DNA of 60,144 nucleotides from an uncultured Candidatus Saccharibacteria bacterium (GCA_964490125.1 CAZBAJ010000006.1:1-60144), one strand, 5' to 3'; shown: positions 14,951 through 24,144, numbered from the stretch's first letter. The notes: generated by a model from the sequence alone, not told the origin. Numbers and translations are program-made.

Positions 14951-16081
14951 ATGAACCTGTTTGTTATTATTACCTCTTATAAAGAGGAAGCGACCATAGG
15001 GAAGGCGGTTGAGCAGATTATTTGTCCAAATAGAGATTTGTGGTCGCAGTTAAGGCTTATAATAACTTCTCCAGATCAAGATACCTTAAAAAAGGCAGAA
15101 GAAGTATGTCAAACTTATGGATTTGTAAATTTCCAACTTTTACAAGATTTGGGTCAAGGGAAAGCTAGTGCCTTAAATTTAGCCGTGGAGACAATTACAA
15201 AGGTACACTCTATCAATCCCAAAGAAGATCTGCTAATCCTAACAGATGGTGATATGTACATAGCGGACGACGCTATAAACCATTTACTTAATAGCTTTAG
15301 TTCTGCTCAAAATCCAAGATCAGAACAAAATCCAAGCGTGTGCAAAAAACCGAAATCATTGACAAATACAGACAAAAGTATTTTTAATGTCGATACGGGT
15401 GACCAAGCTGACCCCAATGCCAAAATGTTAAGCGGGGTAGGGGGGCATCCGGTTTCTTTAGACAGCCGTACAACCATGTTTGGTTATTTTTCTCATTTAT
15501 TTTGTGAGGCGGCTCATAAAAGGCGATTACACAACGATTCATTGTTCTGTAATGTTAAGTCCGATAAGCATGATGACAATGCATACTTTGGCTCGCAGAA
15601 TTTTATCCCTATGAGCGGTTATTTATATGCTTTTAGTCTGGTTGACGGGCTTTTTCCCATACCGCCCCAAGTCCGTGCGGAGGATGCCTACATTTCCCAA
15701 AAACTTTTGTCGCTTGGTTATAGCTACGGTTACGCACCCAAAGCTTTGGCGTATGTAAAGTTCCCAAAAAATTTAAGCGACTGGTATAAACAAAAAACCC
15801 GCTCTTTGGGAGGAAATGTGCAGCTAAAGTCGCTAAGAGAGTCAACTAGCGATGTTTCTGCTTCAGTTGAGGACTCCATGAGATGTTTCAAAAGTCGCTC
15901 CATTTTGCAGGACTTGGAGATGGTGTTTTTTCCATTAACCTTTGCCAAAACCCCCAAAGAGTTTCTCTGGTCGTTACTCCTTTACCCTTTGCGTCTGTTT
16001 TTATGGTTAAAAATCTATTTTAACCACGCATTTAACCGCTATAAGTCTGGCATGTGGGAACGGATAGAAAGCTCCAAATAA
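14951..16081 (+). CDS. Glycosyltransferase family 2
   Basis: IITSYKEE, ILTDGD, AEDAYIS motifs. Confidence 0.85.
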   Translation: MNLFVIITSYKEEATIGKAVEQIICPNRDLWSQLRLIITSPDQDTLKKAEEVCQTYGFVNFQLLQDLGQGKASALNLAVETITKVHSINPKEDLLILTDGDMYIADDAINHLLNSFSSAQNPRSEQNPSVCKKPKSLTNTDKSIFNVDTGDQADPNAKMLSGVGGHPVSLDSRTTMFGYFSHLFCEAAHKRRLHNDSLFCNVKSDKHDDNAYFGSQNFIPMSGYLYAFSLVDGLFPIPPQVRAEDAYISQKLLSLGYSYGYAPKALAYVKFPKNLSDWYKQKTRSLGGNVQLKSLRESTSDVSASVEDSMRCFKSRSILQDLEMVFFPLTFAKTPKEFLWSLLLYPLRLFLWLKIYFNHAFNRYKSGMWERIESSK

Positions 16082-16084
16082 CTT

Positions 16085-16158
16085 TGGCAGAGGCGGAGAG
16101 AATCGGACTCCCACAAATGGTTTTGGAGACCATTGTACTACCATTATACGACGCCTCC
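16085..16158 (-). tRNA. trnW: tRNA-Trp (CCA)
   Basis: Cloverleaf with anticodon arm ATGGT-CTCCAAA-ACCAT and encoded CCA; atypical T-loop TCCGATT. Confidence 0.9.
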
Positions 16159-16162
16159 CCGA

Positions 16163-16336
16163 TTACTTTAATTTTTGTTTTTCTTTGTGTGCCGTGGTTT
16201 TTCTGCAAGTCCTGCAGTATTTTTTAAGTTCCAGTTTTTCTGCGTCGTTTATTTTGTTTTTAGAAGTCACATAGTTGGACGACTTACAGACACTGCATTG
16301 CAAACCTATTAGCACACGATTTGTCTTTTTAGCCAT
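16163..16336 (-). CDS. rpmG: 50S ribosomal protein L33 (Zn-binding form), 57 aa, missing from the ORF track
   Basis: MAKKTNRVLIGLQCSVCKSSNYVTSKN...LELKKYCRTCRKTTAHKEK; precedes trnW as usual. Confidence 0.95.
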   Translation of the reverse strand: MAKKTNRVLIGLQCSVCKSSNYVTSKNKINDAEKLELKKYCRTCRKTTAHKEKQKLK

Positions 16337-16392
16337 AACTACGCCAGTTTATCTTAAAAGACTCTGTTTTGCAACTTGTAGTCTTGTCGCAT

Positions 16393-17255
16393 TAGATAGT
16401 ATTGTTCGTCATCTTAGGTTCTTTTTGACTAGGTCATAGACCCCATATTTAAACGAACAATAAACTACTTTTATTAAATTTAAGGCTTTTACTACGGCGT
16501 AAACTTTATGACATTTGTAACATTGTTCGGTTATATTTTTTTTGCGAACTATTTTTAAGCTGTTGTTAAAGCGAATACCTAGTTTTCTAAAATAATTAGT
16601 GAACTACCCTAGTTCGTAAATATCACAGGCTACGGTGGCTATAATTACGGCTCTACAGGCATGCTTAACTTTCTTGGGTATTATTGTACAGTCTTGGTAA
16701 TAATAAGTTGTCTCGGTGTCTGGGTGCCTAAATGTGTTTGGATATGTATTTATTTAGGTTTTTGTTGTATTTGAGGGTTTCAGTAAGTACTCGTTTGTTT
16801 ATGTATTTAATTGTTATAGTAGCAATGTATTAATTTAAGTTTTGTTTGTACTGGGTGTTTGGGCAGAGATATTGCTATTTAGGTGTTTGAGTATGTATTT
16901 ATGTGTCAGCGTTTTTAAGTTGTATTGACAGCCTTAAAACTATACTCCCGACATAGTTCACTTATTTTTTAATGTCATGGGGATTTTGTTGTTATTGCAG
17001 GAAGGAAGTAGTTCGCGTATTTTAATAAGTGAACTAACGGATGATTGTCATACTTTATTTATTGTAGTAACAACTTTAGATTAACAAAACATGGCTATTA
17101 GTTCGTTTAAATACCTGCCTTTTGGGACATACTTTGTTCTTTTGCTTAAACAAAAGATCAGTTGCAAAACCTTACCCCTATTTAGGTGACAAATAATAGT
17201 ATCTAAAAAAGGCAGCTAAAAAAATGCCGTTTAGACGACATCAAATTAATATCTA
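16393..17255 (+). repeat. Long non-coding repeat element, copy B
   Basis: 13-bp perfect inverted repeat 16446-16458/17101-17113; outer 10/11 inverted repeat 16393-16403/17195-17205; seven TAGTTC/GAACTA boxes. Confidence 0.88.
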
Positions 17256-17406
17256 GCATGTCTCCAGTATTTCTGACGCGCCGGGTAGTGTTAAGAAGTC
17301 TGTGTAACCCTCCTTCTTCTTTTAGATAGCGCTTTTCCCAATATCATCCCGTTGCCAAGCCATGTACCTCATCGTTTTATCCGTTGAATTTAGGAGTAGG
17401 GTTAAA

Positions 17407-17625
17407 TCATTCTTCCAAGTCGTATACCGCTTCATAGTAAATTTTTGGAAATCTACCTTTTTTAATGACACGACCCTCGTCCAAAAGAATTTTTAGATAT
17501 TTATAGATAGAGGTTTTTCTGACCTTACTTAAGCGTTTTTGAATAGTAGACGCCCGTAGTTTTTGCGACTGTGAAATAATAAGATACAGATCCTCTTTGA
17601 CATATACACTCGCCTTTCTGCCCAT
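17407..17625 (-). CDS. Small basic winged-helix-like DNA-binding protein
   Basis: 72 aa, ...SIYKYLKILLDEGRVIKKG..PKIYY wing pattern; TATAAT 6 nt before ATG. Confidence 0.6.
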   Translation of the reverse strand: MGRKASVYVKEDLYLIISQSQKLRASTIQKRLSKVRKTSIYKYLKILLDEGRVIKKGRFPKIYYEAVYDLEE

Positions 17626-17925
17626 TTTTGTATTATATCGACAAAAAGATATTTTAAAAGACGGTAATCTCTATTTTTACAAGAATTTGCTGTTATAGCG
17701 GGGAAATTAGCACATTGTGTTTTTTACTGTCGTACTTGAACCCAGAACCCTTGTTCGTTTATTCAATACTCGATTCGACATTTTGTTGTCATCGCAAGTC
17801 AAAATTAGTTCGCAAATTTGAATAAGTGAATTAATAGGTATTTTTACCTTGTTTTTGCTTGTAACGGCGGGGCTGGGGACTCTACAAGCGTTTGATTGTT
17901 CGACTTACTTTAGGAAGTCCAATTG

Positions 17926-18001
17926 TGGAGCCCACTCGCGGAATCGAACCGCGGACCTACTCCTTACCATGGAGTTGCTCTGCCGGCTGAGCTAAGTGGG
18001 C
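17926..18001 (-). tRNA. trnT: tRNA-Thr (GGT)
   Basis: Cloverleaf, ACTCC-ATGGTAA-GGAGT, GTTCGATTC, CCA. Confidence 0.95.
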
Positions 18002-18014
18002 CCGTCAAACAAAC

Positions 18015-18095
18015 ACCAAATGGTGCCGAGGATGATCCGCCCTGGTGGGCGTGCTCTCCTCATCACCATTTGGATTACCAAATGGTGCCGAGGAT
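18015..18095. repeat. 19-bp direct repeat of the tRNA-Tyr 3' end (att-like)
   Basis: ACCAAATGGTGCCGAGGAT at 18015-18033 and 18077-18095. Confidence 0.8.
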
Positions 18096-18168
18096 AGGAT
18101 TCGAACCTATGAAGGCTTGCGCCAACAGATTTACAGTCTGCTCCGTTTGGCCACTTTGGTACCTCGGC
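18083..18168 (-). tRNA. trnY: tRNA-Tyr (GTA)
   Basis: Cloverleaf with long variable arm, GCAGA-CTGTAAA-TCTGT, CCA. Confidence 0.95.
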
Positions 18169-18174
18169 ATAATG

Positions 18175-18249
18175 TGGAGCCATCTCCGGGATTTGAACCC
18201 GGGACCCACGGTTTACAAAACCGTTGCTCTGCCGCTGAGCTAAGATGGC
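18175..18249 (-). tRNA. trnT: tRNA-Thr (TGT)
   Basis: Cloverleaf, ACGGT-TTTGTAA-ACCGT, CCA. Confidence 0.95.
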
Positions 18250-18493
18250 AGACTCCGTCCAAGATGGCGGATCCTGGGATGTTTCTTTGCCGTCCTCCCG
18301 CGTCGCTCCATTTACTAAACTGACCATGGAATTTTAGCATTTCTGCCGTGGGGTGTATATCCCAGGCATTAGATAGCATCGGTCGTCGTCATGTCAGGTT
18401 CCATTTGTTAGACATTAATTCAATGTCATCGAGATAGCCTTTACCTTCAGCCTGCTTGTCCAAAAACCAAATCTATGCTTAAATAGCCCAGTT

Positions 18494-18721
18494 ATGTCAA
18501 AAATATGCGACATTTGTGGAAAAGGGCGACTTAGAGGCAAGCTGGTGCCAAGACTTATTGGTAGGCGCGTTTCTCACAGGTCTACAACTTTTCAACAGGT
18601 TAATTTAAGAGAAAAGCGACTCGATTTGGGCGGTGGTCGCAAGGTTAAGGTTAAACTTTGCACTTCGTGCTTGTCATCCTTTAATAGAGCGCAAAAAGAA
18701 TTAGCCGATCAAACTAAATAA
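18494..18721 (+). CDS. rpmB: 50S ribosomal protein L28
   Basis: MSKICDICGK...VNL...KVKLCTSCL. Confidence 0.9.
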   Translation: MSKICDICGKGRLRGKLVPRLIGRRVSHRSTTFQQVNLREKRLDLGGGRKVKVKLCTSCLSSFNRAQKELADQTK

Positions 18722-19644
18722 CCGTTTTTAAACTGTTCCCATGTTAGAACCTTTCCACCTTCCAGTTGTATCTGTCTAATGCCAAGTCTGCCGTCCAGCG
18801 ATATCTGCGCCGAATATATTTTAGCGATTTTAGGCTTGTTCTCAAAGTCCTTAAGTTCTGTAAACCCCACTAATTTTTCCCGCGTATTCTGCATATCGCC
18901 CAAGGTCGTCCAGGCTATTGGCCACGGGTTAAATGCCCGCACCATAGCGTCAATCCTGTCAGCTGTTGCGCTCCAGTCAATTTTAGCGTCCTCCTTATAA
19001 ATATAAGTGTTTTTTGGGTGACTGGGTGAGTAGGTGTAGCTTGCCCGCGCTTCATCTTGTGGCGTCGGGGTTATTTTGCCGTCCAAGTAACTTTGTAGGA
19101 CGACTGGGAGATGTTCCGCCGATTTTTCAAAAAGCGTTTTGTAAAGCTCACCGGAAGTTTCTTTGCCATTAAGAGGGTAGGGGAGTTGATAGATTATTGG
19201 ACCTGTGTCCATCTTCCTTTCCATGACTTGGTAGGTTATCCCGGTTATCTTATCTCGATTTAAAATCGTAAATTGTGCCGGACTTGCCCCACGATATTTA
19301 GGTAAAAGTGAGAAGTGGATGTTCAGTACTTTCCGTGGGAAGATGTCCAGTATTTTTTGAGAAAGAAAATAACTAAAATCTACCACCAATCCAATTTCTG
19401 CATCTGAATATTTTATATACTCAATAATATTATCCTCGTCCTCCTTAAGGGACTTGTTTATGGTTACAAAATTTACCCCATTTTCTTTTGCCCAGCGTTT
19501 TACCTCCACCTCTTTGGGGGTCTGATGTCGACCGACTAAAACATCTTCTTTTGTCACACAAAGCACTAAATCAAAGTTAGCTTTTAGCGCCTCCAAAATG
19601 GGTACCGATCTGTCTGATGTCCCAAAAAATACCACTTTTGTCAT
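18709..19644 (-). CDS. fmt: Methionyl-tRNA formyltransferase
   Basis: VFFGT, LNIHFSLLPKYRGASP, MDTGPI, RAFNPWP. Confidence 0.95.
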   Translation of the reverse strand: MTKVVFFGTSDRSVPILEALKANFDLVLCVTKEDVLVGRHQTPKEVEVKRWAKENGVNFVTINKSLKEDEDNIIEYIKYSDAEIGLVVDFSYFLSQKILDIFPRKVLNIHFSLLPKYRGASPAQFTILNRDKITGITYQVMERKMDTGPIIYQLPYPLNGKETSGELYKTLFEKSAEHLPVVLQSYLDGKITPTPQDEARASYTYSPSHPKNTYIYKEDAKIDWSATADRIDAMVRAFNPWPIAWTTLGDMQNTREKLVGFTELKDFENKPKIAKIYSAQISLDGRLGIRQIQLEGGKVLTWEQFKNGYLV

Positions 19645-19664
19645 TGCGAGCGTAGCGAAGCAAC

Positions 19665-20279
19665 CTAGTCCGCTATTTTAGTTCCTTTCTCCAACTCGTC
19701 GCCTTTATACATTTTTCCCATTATTCTGGTATTAAAAGTTATGCCACCCAAATGGTCCATTTCATGCTGAATCACCCGCGCCAAAAACCCGCTTGCTGTA
19801 AGTCTTTGTTCGTCGCCCTGCAGATTTTGGTATTTTAGTTTGACTTTTTTAGCCCGCCACACTTTGCCGTACAAATCCGGAAAGCTAAGACAACCCTCCC
19901 AGTCCAATTCTTCTTCTTTAGACAGGCTGACAAATTTTGGGTTGACTAGAATATAGTCGCGGTTTTGGTTGGCGGAAAGTTTTTTGTTGTTGACATTTTT
20001 ACTGCCCGTAATCGATTGATTCAATTGAATGTCGTTTGACAAGCTATCCTGTCGATTGTTTTCCCCGTCCGCCTGCAAAACCGAAAAATCCCTGGCAATT
20101 AAAACGCGCACGGGTATGCCAACCTGAATGGCAGAAAGCCCCGCCGCTTCCGGATCCTTAAAGGAATTTACAGTGTCCAACATGTTTTGAACGAGCCCAT
20201 CAAGCTCTTTGCCTGGCACTGCTTTTTGGCTTTTTTGCCCTAACTGCGGATTGGGATAAGTAACAATATCTAAAACCAT
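19665..20279 (-). CDS. def: Peptide deformylase with internal low-complexity insertion
   Basis: GLSAIQVG, EGCLSFP, HEMDHL. Confidence 0.95.
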   Translation of the reverse strand: MVLDIVTYPNPQLGQKSQKAVPGKELDGLVQNMLDTVNSFKDPEAAGLSAIQVGIPVRVLIARDFSVLQADGENNRQDSLSNDIQLNQSITGSKNVNNKKLSANQNRDYILVNPKFVSLSKEEELDWEGCLSFPDLYGKVWRAKKVKLKYQNLQGDEQRLTASGFLARVIQHEMDHLGGITFNTRIMGKMYKGDELEKGTKIAD

Positions 20280-20386
20280 GTTGACATTATACTAGATATC
20301 GGCTAAGAAATGCCGACGAGTATAAAAAGCTTTACTGTGGGTAAAGGGTGTTACTAAAAACATCGGTGATAGAAAGTTGGGCGACT

Positions 20387-20530
20387 CTAATTTTCTTTAG
20401 CTGTTTTGTCGCCCTCACACTTTTTTGGCGTAAATTCCCGTCTAACAAGAAACATAAAAATCAGCAAAAAAATCGCAGTGAGACCTAAACCCCACAGCTG
20501 TCCAATAAGTTGTGCTTTTTCTGCTTCCAT
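20387..20530 (-). CDS. Small single-TM protein (47 aa), not in the ORF track
   Basis: MEAEKAQLIGQLWGLGLTAIFLLIFMFLVRREF..., hydrophobic core followed by basic residues. Confidence 0.45.
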   Translation of the reverse strand: MEAEKAQLIGQLWGLGLTAIFLLIFMFLVRREFTPKKCEGDKTAKEN

Positions 20531-20595
20531 GCTTTTTACTACCTCATTTTGTCTTGTTGTTACCAAATTTTCTTGTAAAACTAGAGAATTGCGGT

Positions 20596-20712
20596 CTAGC
20601 GCCTTTTGTAACCATCAACCATACGAGATAACAAGTAAGTTAGACCAGAAACGGCGATACAGCCCAATAAAACGCTTATCCGCAAGATATGCAGTTCAGA
20701 CAGTTGAGGCAT
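20596..20712 (-). CDS. Small single-TM protein (38 aa), not in the ORF track
   Basis: MPQLSELHILRISVLLGCIAVSGLTYLLSRMVDGYKRR; overlaps the upstream ORF stop. Confidence 0.4.
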   Translation of the reverse strand: MPQLSELHILRISVLLGCIAVSGLTYLLSRMVDGYKRR

Positions 20713-20908
20713 TTTTTCTCATCACCTCCTTTGCTTTTAGGGCAATCCTGAAATAAACATATCCCATAAAGAGATTATACAGCATCGAAAGTAACCCCTG
20801 TCCGTCGTAACTTTTGGCAAAAATGTTCCTAATAAGGGCAACGGCAAACCATCCAGAGGAGATATTAATAACAATGTTGTAAAAAGATTCTAAATAATCG
20901 CGTTTCAT
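20696..20908 (-). CDS. Small two-TM hypothetical protein
   Basis: 70 aa with two hydrophobic helices. Confidence 0.55.
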   Translation of the reverse strand: MKRDYLESFYNIVINISSGWFAVALIRNIFAKSYDGQGLLSMLYNLFMGYVYFRIALKAKEVMRKNASTV

Positions 20909-21012
20909 ATTTCTTTAATATCACCGAGTCGGAGGGTCGTCAATAACATGTATTCTAATCTCATTAGAGAATACTATCTTGACGGCGCGCAAAAGTAGTT
21001 TATTGTGCTTGC

Positions 21013-21678
21013 ATGGTGTTAAAAATTCCTTTTGAAGATTCGCGCTTTCCGGAGTCGGTCAAAAATTTTAAAAACCCGCCTCAAGTGTTGCATATTCTTT
21101 GTGACGACAAAGTAGGGCGGGATTTTGCGTGGCCAAAGCGCAGTTTGGCAGTGATTGGCAGTAGGACAATGAGTGACTACGGTAAAAAAGTGGTGTGGGA
21201 TTTTGTGCCACAGTTGGTTGACGCGGGGATCGCGGTGGTTTCCGGCTTGGCGGAAGGTGTGGATGAAGAAGCTCAACGGGCGGTTTTGCGTTGTAGCGGT
21301 GTAACAATCGGAGTTTTAGGTTTTGGGGTAAATAAACTTGGCGATTTTAGCAATAAAGAGCTGGGTGAGCAGGTAGTTAAGTCGCAAAAAGGCTTTTTGG
21401 TATCGGGGTTTGACCCTTTTATGTCAGCCTCTAAATGGACTTTTTTAGAGCGCAATAGGCTTATTGCCGGTTTGGCAGACGCACTTTTAGTAATTGAAGC
21501 TACCCAAAAAAGTGGATGTATGTCAACCGTGGAGGCAGCGTTGGAAATTGGCAAGGAGGTGTATGTGGTACCCGGTAGCATTTTTGACTACACTAGCATG
21601 GGGGCAAACGAGCTTATTAAACAGGGCGCTCATTTGGTAAATCGGGTTGAGGATGTTTTGTCCGACTTGCAATTTTGA
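21013..21678 (+). CDS. dprA: DNA processing protein DprA
   Basis: AVIGSR, VVSGLAEGVD, FLERNRLIAGL, VYVVPG; adjacent to topA. Confidence 0.92.
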   Translation: MVLKIPFEDSRFPESVKNFKNPPQVLHILCDDKVGRDFAWPKRSLAVIGSRTMSDYGKKVVWDFVPQLVDAGIAVVSGLAEGVDEEAQRAVLRCSGVTIGVLGFGVNKLGDFSNKELGEQVVKSQKGFLVSGFDPFMSASKWTFLERNRLIAGLADALLVIEATQKSGCMSTVEAALEIGKEVYVVPGSIFDYTSMGANELIKQGAHLVNRVEDVLSDLQF

Positions 21679-21699
21679 CAGGTGTGGTATTCTTTAACA

Positions 21700-24057
21700 A
21701 TGAATTTGGTAATTGTGGAGTCGCCTACCAAGGCAAAAACTTTGTCGACCATATTGGGTAAGGACTTTGTGGTAAGGGCGTCTATGGGGCATGTGCGCGA
21801 CTTACCTAAAAGCGGTTTGGGTGTGGATGTTGAGCACGACTTTGCCCCGGAATATATAGTTCCTGACAAAGCTAAAAAAACCATAACCGAGTTAAAAAAA
21901 TACTCTAAAGATGCTAACAAAGTTGTTTTGGCGACAGATCCGGATAGGGAAGGGGAGGCTATTGCCTGGCACTTAAAGGAGTTACTCAAATTAAAAGAGT
22001 CAAACTATGGTCGGGCGGTGTTTCATGAAATTACCAAAAGCGCGGTGCAGGAATCCTTTGAGCATCAGGGTAAAATTGACGACAATTTGGTGGACGCCCA
22101 GCAGGCCAGGCGCGTTTTGGACCGGCTAGTTGGATATAAACTTTCTCCATTGCTCTGGAAAAAAGTGCGGTTTGGACTTTCTGCCGGTAGGGTACAAAGT
22201 GTAGCGGTAAGAATTATTGTGGAGCGCGAGCGGGAACGACAAGCTTTTACACCAATAGAATATTGGTCGGTAGAAGGAAGTTTTTCTACCCAAGACTTTG
22301 GGACGGGTCCCCGCCAATCGGGGGTTCGGGCGTACGCCGAAGGCGGACTAGGGACCCGACCCGAGAGCGGGCAAGGCTCCACGCAGGAAAATATTTTCAC
22401 CGCCTCGTTAGTAGAAAAAGACGGTAAAAAGCTAGAAATCGGCAATAAATCCCAAGTTGACCAAATCGTTAGCGAATTAGAAAAGTCCAATTACCAAGTC
22501 GCCAAAATTACCCAAACCCAAAAGCAAAAACGCCCGTACCCACCATTAAAAACCTCAACCCTACAACAAAGCGCGTCCAACCTGTTTGGTTTTCCCGCCT
22601 ACAAAACCATGAAAGCTGCGCAAGCTCTGTTTGAAAAAGGTTTAATCACTTACCACAGAACAGACTCTCTAAATTTGTCGGCCCAGTTTATTGACGAGGT
22701 AAGAAAATATGTAGCCAAAAAGTTCTCTAAAGCCCATCTTCCGGAGTCGCCCAATTATTACAAAAATAGCTCCAAAAACGCGCAGGAAGCTCACGAAGCT
22801 ATAAGAGTGACAAATGTTGACACTATTCCTTCTAGCCCCCAGCTGTCGACCTTTAGTCCGGAAGAGCAAAAGGTCTACTATTTAATTTGGCGTCGCTCCA
22901 TAGAGTCTCAAATGGCGCCGGCGGTTTACGATGCTACCAGCGTGGATATTTTAAGCGACACGGGTTATGGTTTTAGGGCTACGGGTTCGGTAATTAAGTT
23001 TGACGGTTGGCTGGCACTTGCTAACTTGCCGTCCAAAGATAAAACAAAAAATGGCGACGCCGAGCAGGCAGGCGAAGAGTCTCAAAATGTGAGTGCTAAC
23101 GGAGATGTCGACGAAACCCAAAACCAACTCCCACAACTACAGGAGGGCGACAAATTACACTTGGAAAAACTAAATCCAGACCAGCATTTTACCCAACCAC
23201 CAGCCAGGTATACAGACGCTAGTTTAATTAAAGCGTTGGAGGAAATGGGCGTAGGTCGTCCGTCTACTTATGCGCCAACCATTCAAACCATTATTACGCG
23301 TGGTTATGTAGAAAAAGAGGCGCGGTACTTTAAACCCCAAGAAGTTTCATATGTTGTCATAGATTTACTTAAAAATCACTTTTCTAATATAGTCGACTAC
23401 GATTTTACCGCGCTAATGGAGGAACAATTGGACGAGGTAGCAGAAGGCAAGCTCAAGTGGCAACCCGTCATTAAAGAGTTTTACGAGCCGTTCGAAAAAG
23501 TCGTCCAACAAAAGGACAAAGAGTTAAAAAAGCAAGATATTACTTTTTTGGGCGACTCTGACGAGCTGTGTCCAAAGTGCGGAAAAAAACTTATGTTTAA
23601 ACTTGGTAAATACGGCAAATTTTTAAGTTGTTCGGACTACCCCAAATGTGATTTTGCCAAACCCATAGAGGAACAAATCACCTCAATTTTTGACGAAAAC
23701 GGCAAAGATATTACTCCGGCGGTAGAAAAAGTGGACTACGGTAAGTGCGAGCTGTGCGGGGAAGGGGAGTATGTTTTAAAACAGGGCAGGTTTGGCAAGT
23801 TTTTGGCGTGTAACAAGTATCCAGGATGCAAGTCAACCAAACCGTTTTTAATAAAAATTGGCGTAAAGTGTCCGGAGTGTAAGGAGGGCGACTTAGTCAC
23901 CCGCAAAGGTAAGGGTAGGACTTTTTATGGTTGTAGTCGCTATCCCGATTGCAAATATTCCACTTGGAAAAAGCCCGCCACCGACGCTCAGGCTGTAATT
24001 GAGATGCAACGCCCTAAGAAAAAGCGCGTTGGTAAAGAAAAGGAAACAAGCGCGTAA
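21700..24057 (+). CDS. topA: DNA topoisomerase I with C-terminal Zn ribbons
   Basis: LVIVESPTKAK, ATDPDREGEAI, SAGRVQS, GLITYHRTDS; start MNLVIVES at 21700. Confidence 0.97.
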   Translation: MNLVIVESPTKAKTLSTILGKDFVVRASMGHVRDLPKSGLGVDVEHDFAPEYIVPDKAKKTITELKKYSKDANKVVLATDPDREGEAIAWHLKELLKLKESNYGRAVFHEITKSAVQESFEHQGKIDDNLVDAQQARRVLDRLVGYKLSPLLWKKVRFGLSAGRVQSVAVRIIVERERERQAFTPIEYWSVEGSFSTQDFGTGPRQSGVRAYAEGGLGTRPESGQGSTQENIFTASLVEKDGKKLEIGNKSQVDQIVSELEKSNYQVAKITQTQKQKRPYPPLKTSTLQQSASNLFGFPAYKTMKAAQALFEKGLITYHRTDSLNLSAQFIDEVRKYVAKKFSKAHLPESPNYYKNSSKNAQEAHEAIRVTNVDTIPSSPQLSTFSPEEQKVYYLIWRRSIESQMAPAVYDATSVDILSDTGYGFRATGSVIKFDGWLALANLPSKDKTKNGDAEQAGEESQNVSANGDVDETQNQLPQLQEGDKLHLEKLNPDQHFTQPPARYTDASLIKALEEMGVGRPSTYAPTIQTIITRGYVEKEARYFKPQEVSYVVIDLLKNHFSNIVDYDFTALMEEQLDEVAEGKLKWQPVIKEFYEPFEKVVQQKDKELKKQDITFLGDSDELCPKCGKKLMFKLGKYGKFLSCSDYPKCDFAKPIEEQITSIFDENGKDITPAVEKVDYGKCELCGEGEYVLKQGRFGKFLACNKYPGCKSTKPFLIKIGVKCPECKEGDLVTRKGKGRTFYGCSRYPDCKYSTWKKPATDAQAVIEMQRPKKKRVGKEKETSA
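22300..22362. repeat. Palindromic element inserted in frame in topA
   Basis: GGGACGGGTCCC / GGGACCCGACCC inverted repeat (11/12) enclosing CGCC-GAA-GGCG. Confidence 0.7.
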
Positions 24058-24144
24058 TCATTAAAACGCAGAGTTTTAAAATACAAGGTTTAGTAATTTA
24101 ATTGTATTTACAAATAACTTACGATGTAGTATTTTGTCCTAGTT

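Noticed and set aside
16389-17259. GCAT as a 4-bp target-site duplication of element B
   Set aside because: GCAT also precedes copy C and is absent at copy A, so it may be part of the element end; unresolved.
18002-18076. A second tRNA-Tyr or a tRNA-Gly
   Set aside because: Only the 3' acceptor strand matches; no cloverleaf or anticodon arm.
17923-18379. ORFs across the tRNA cluster (also 51330-51539)
   Set aside because: They overlap clear tRNA genes; spurious.
20406-20756. Plus-strand 116-aa ORF
   Set aside because: Antisense to the small TM ORFs; no recognisable motif.
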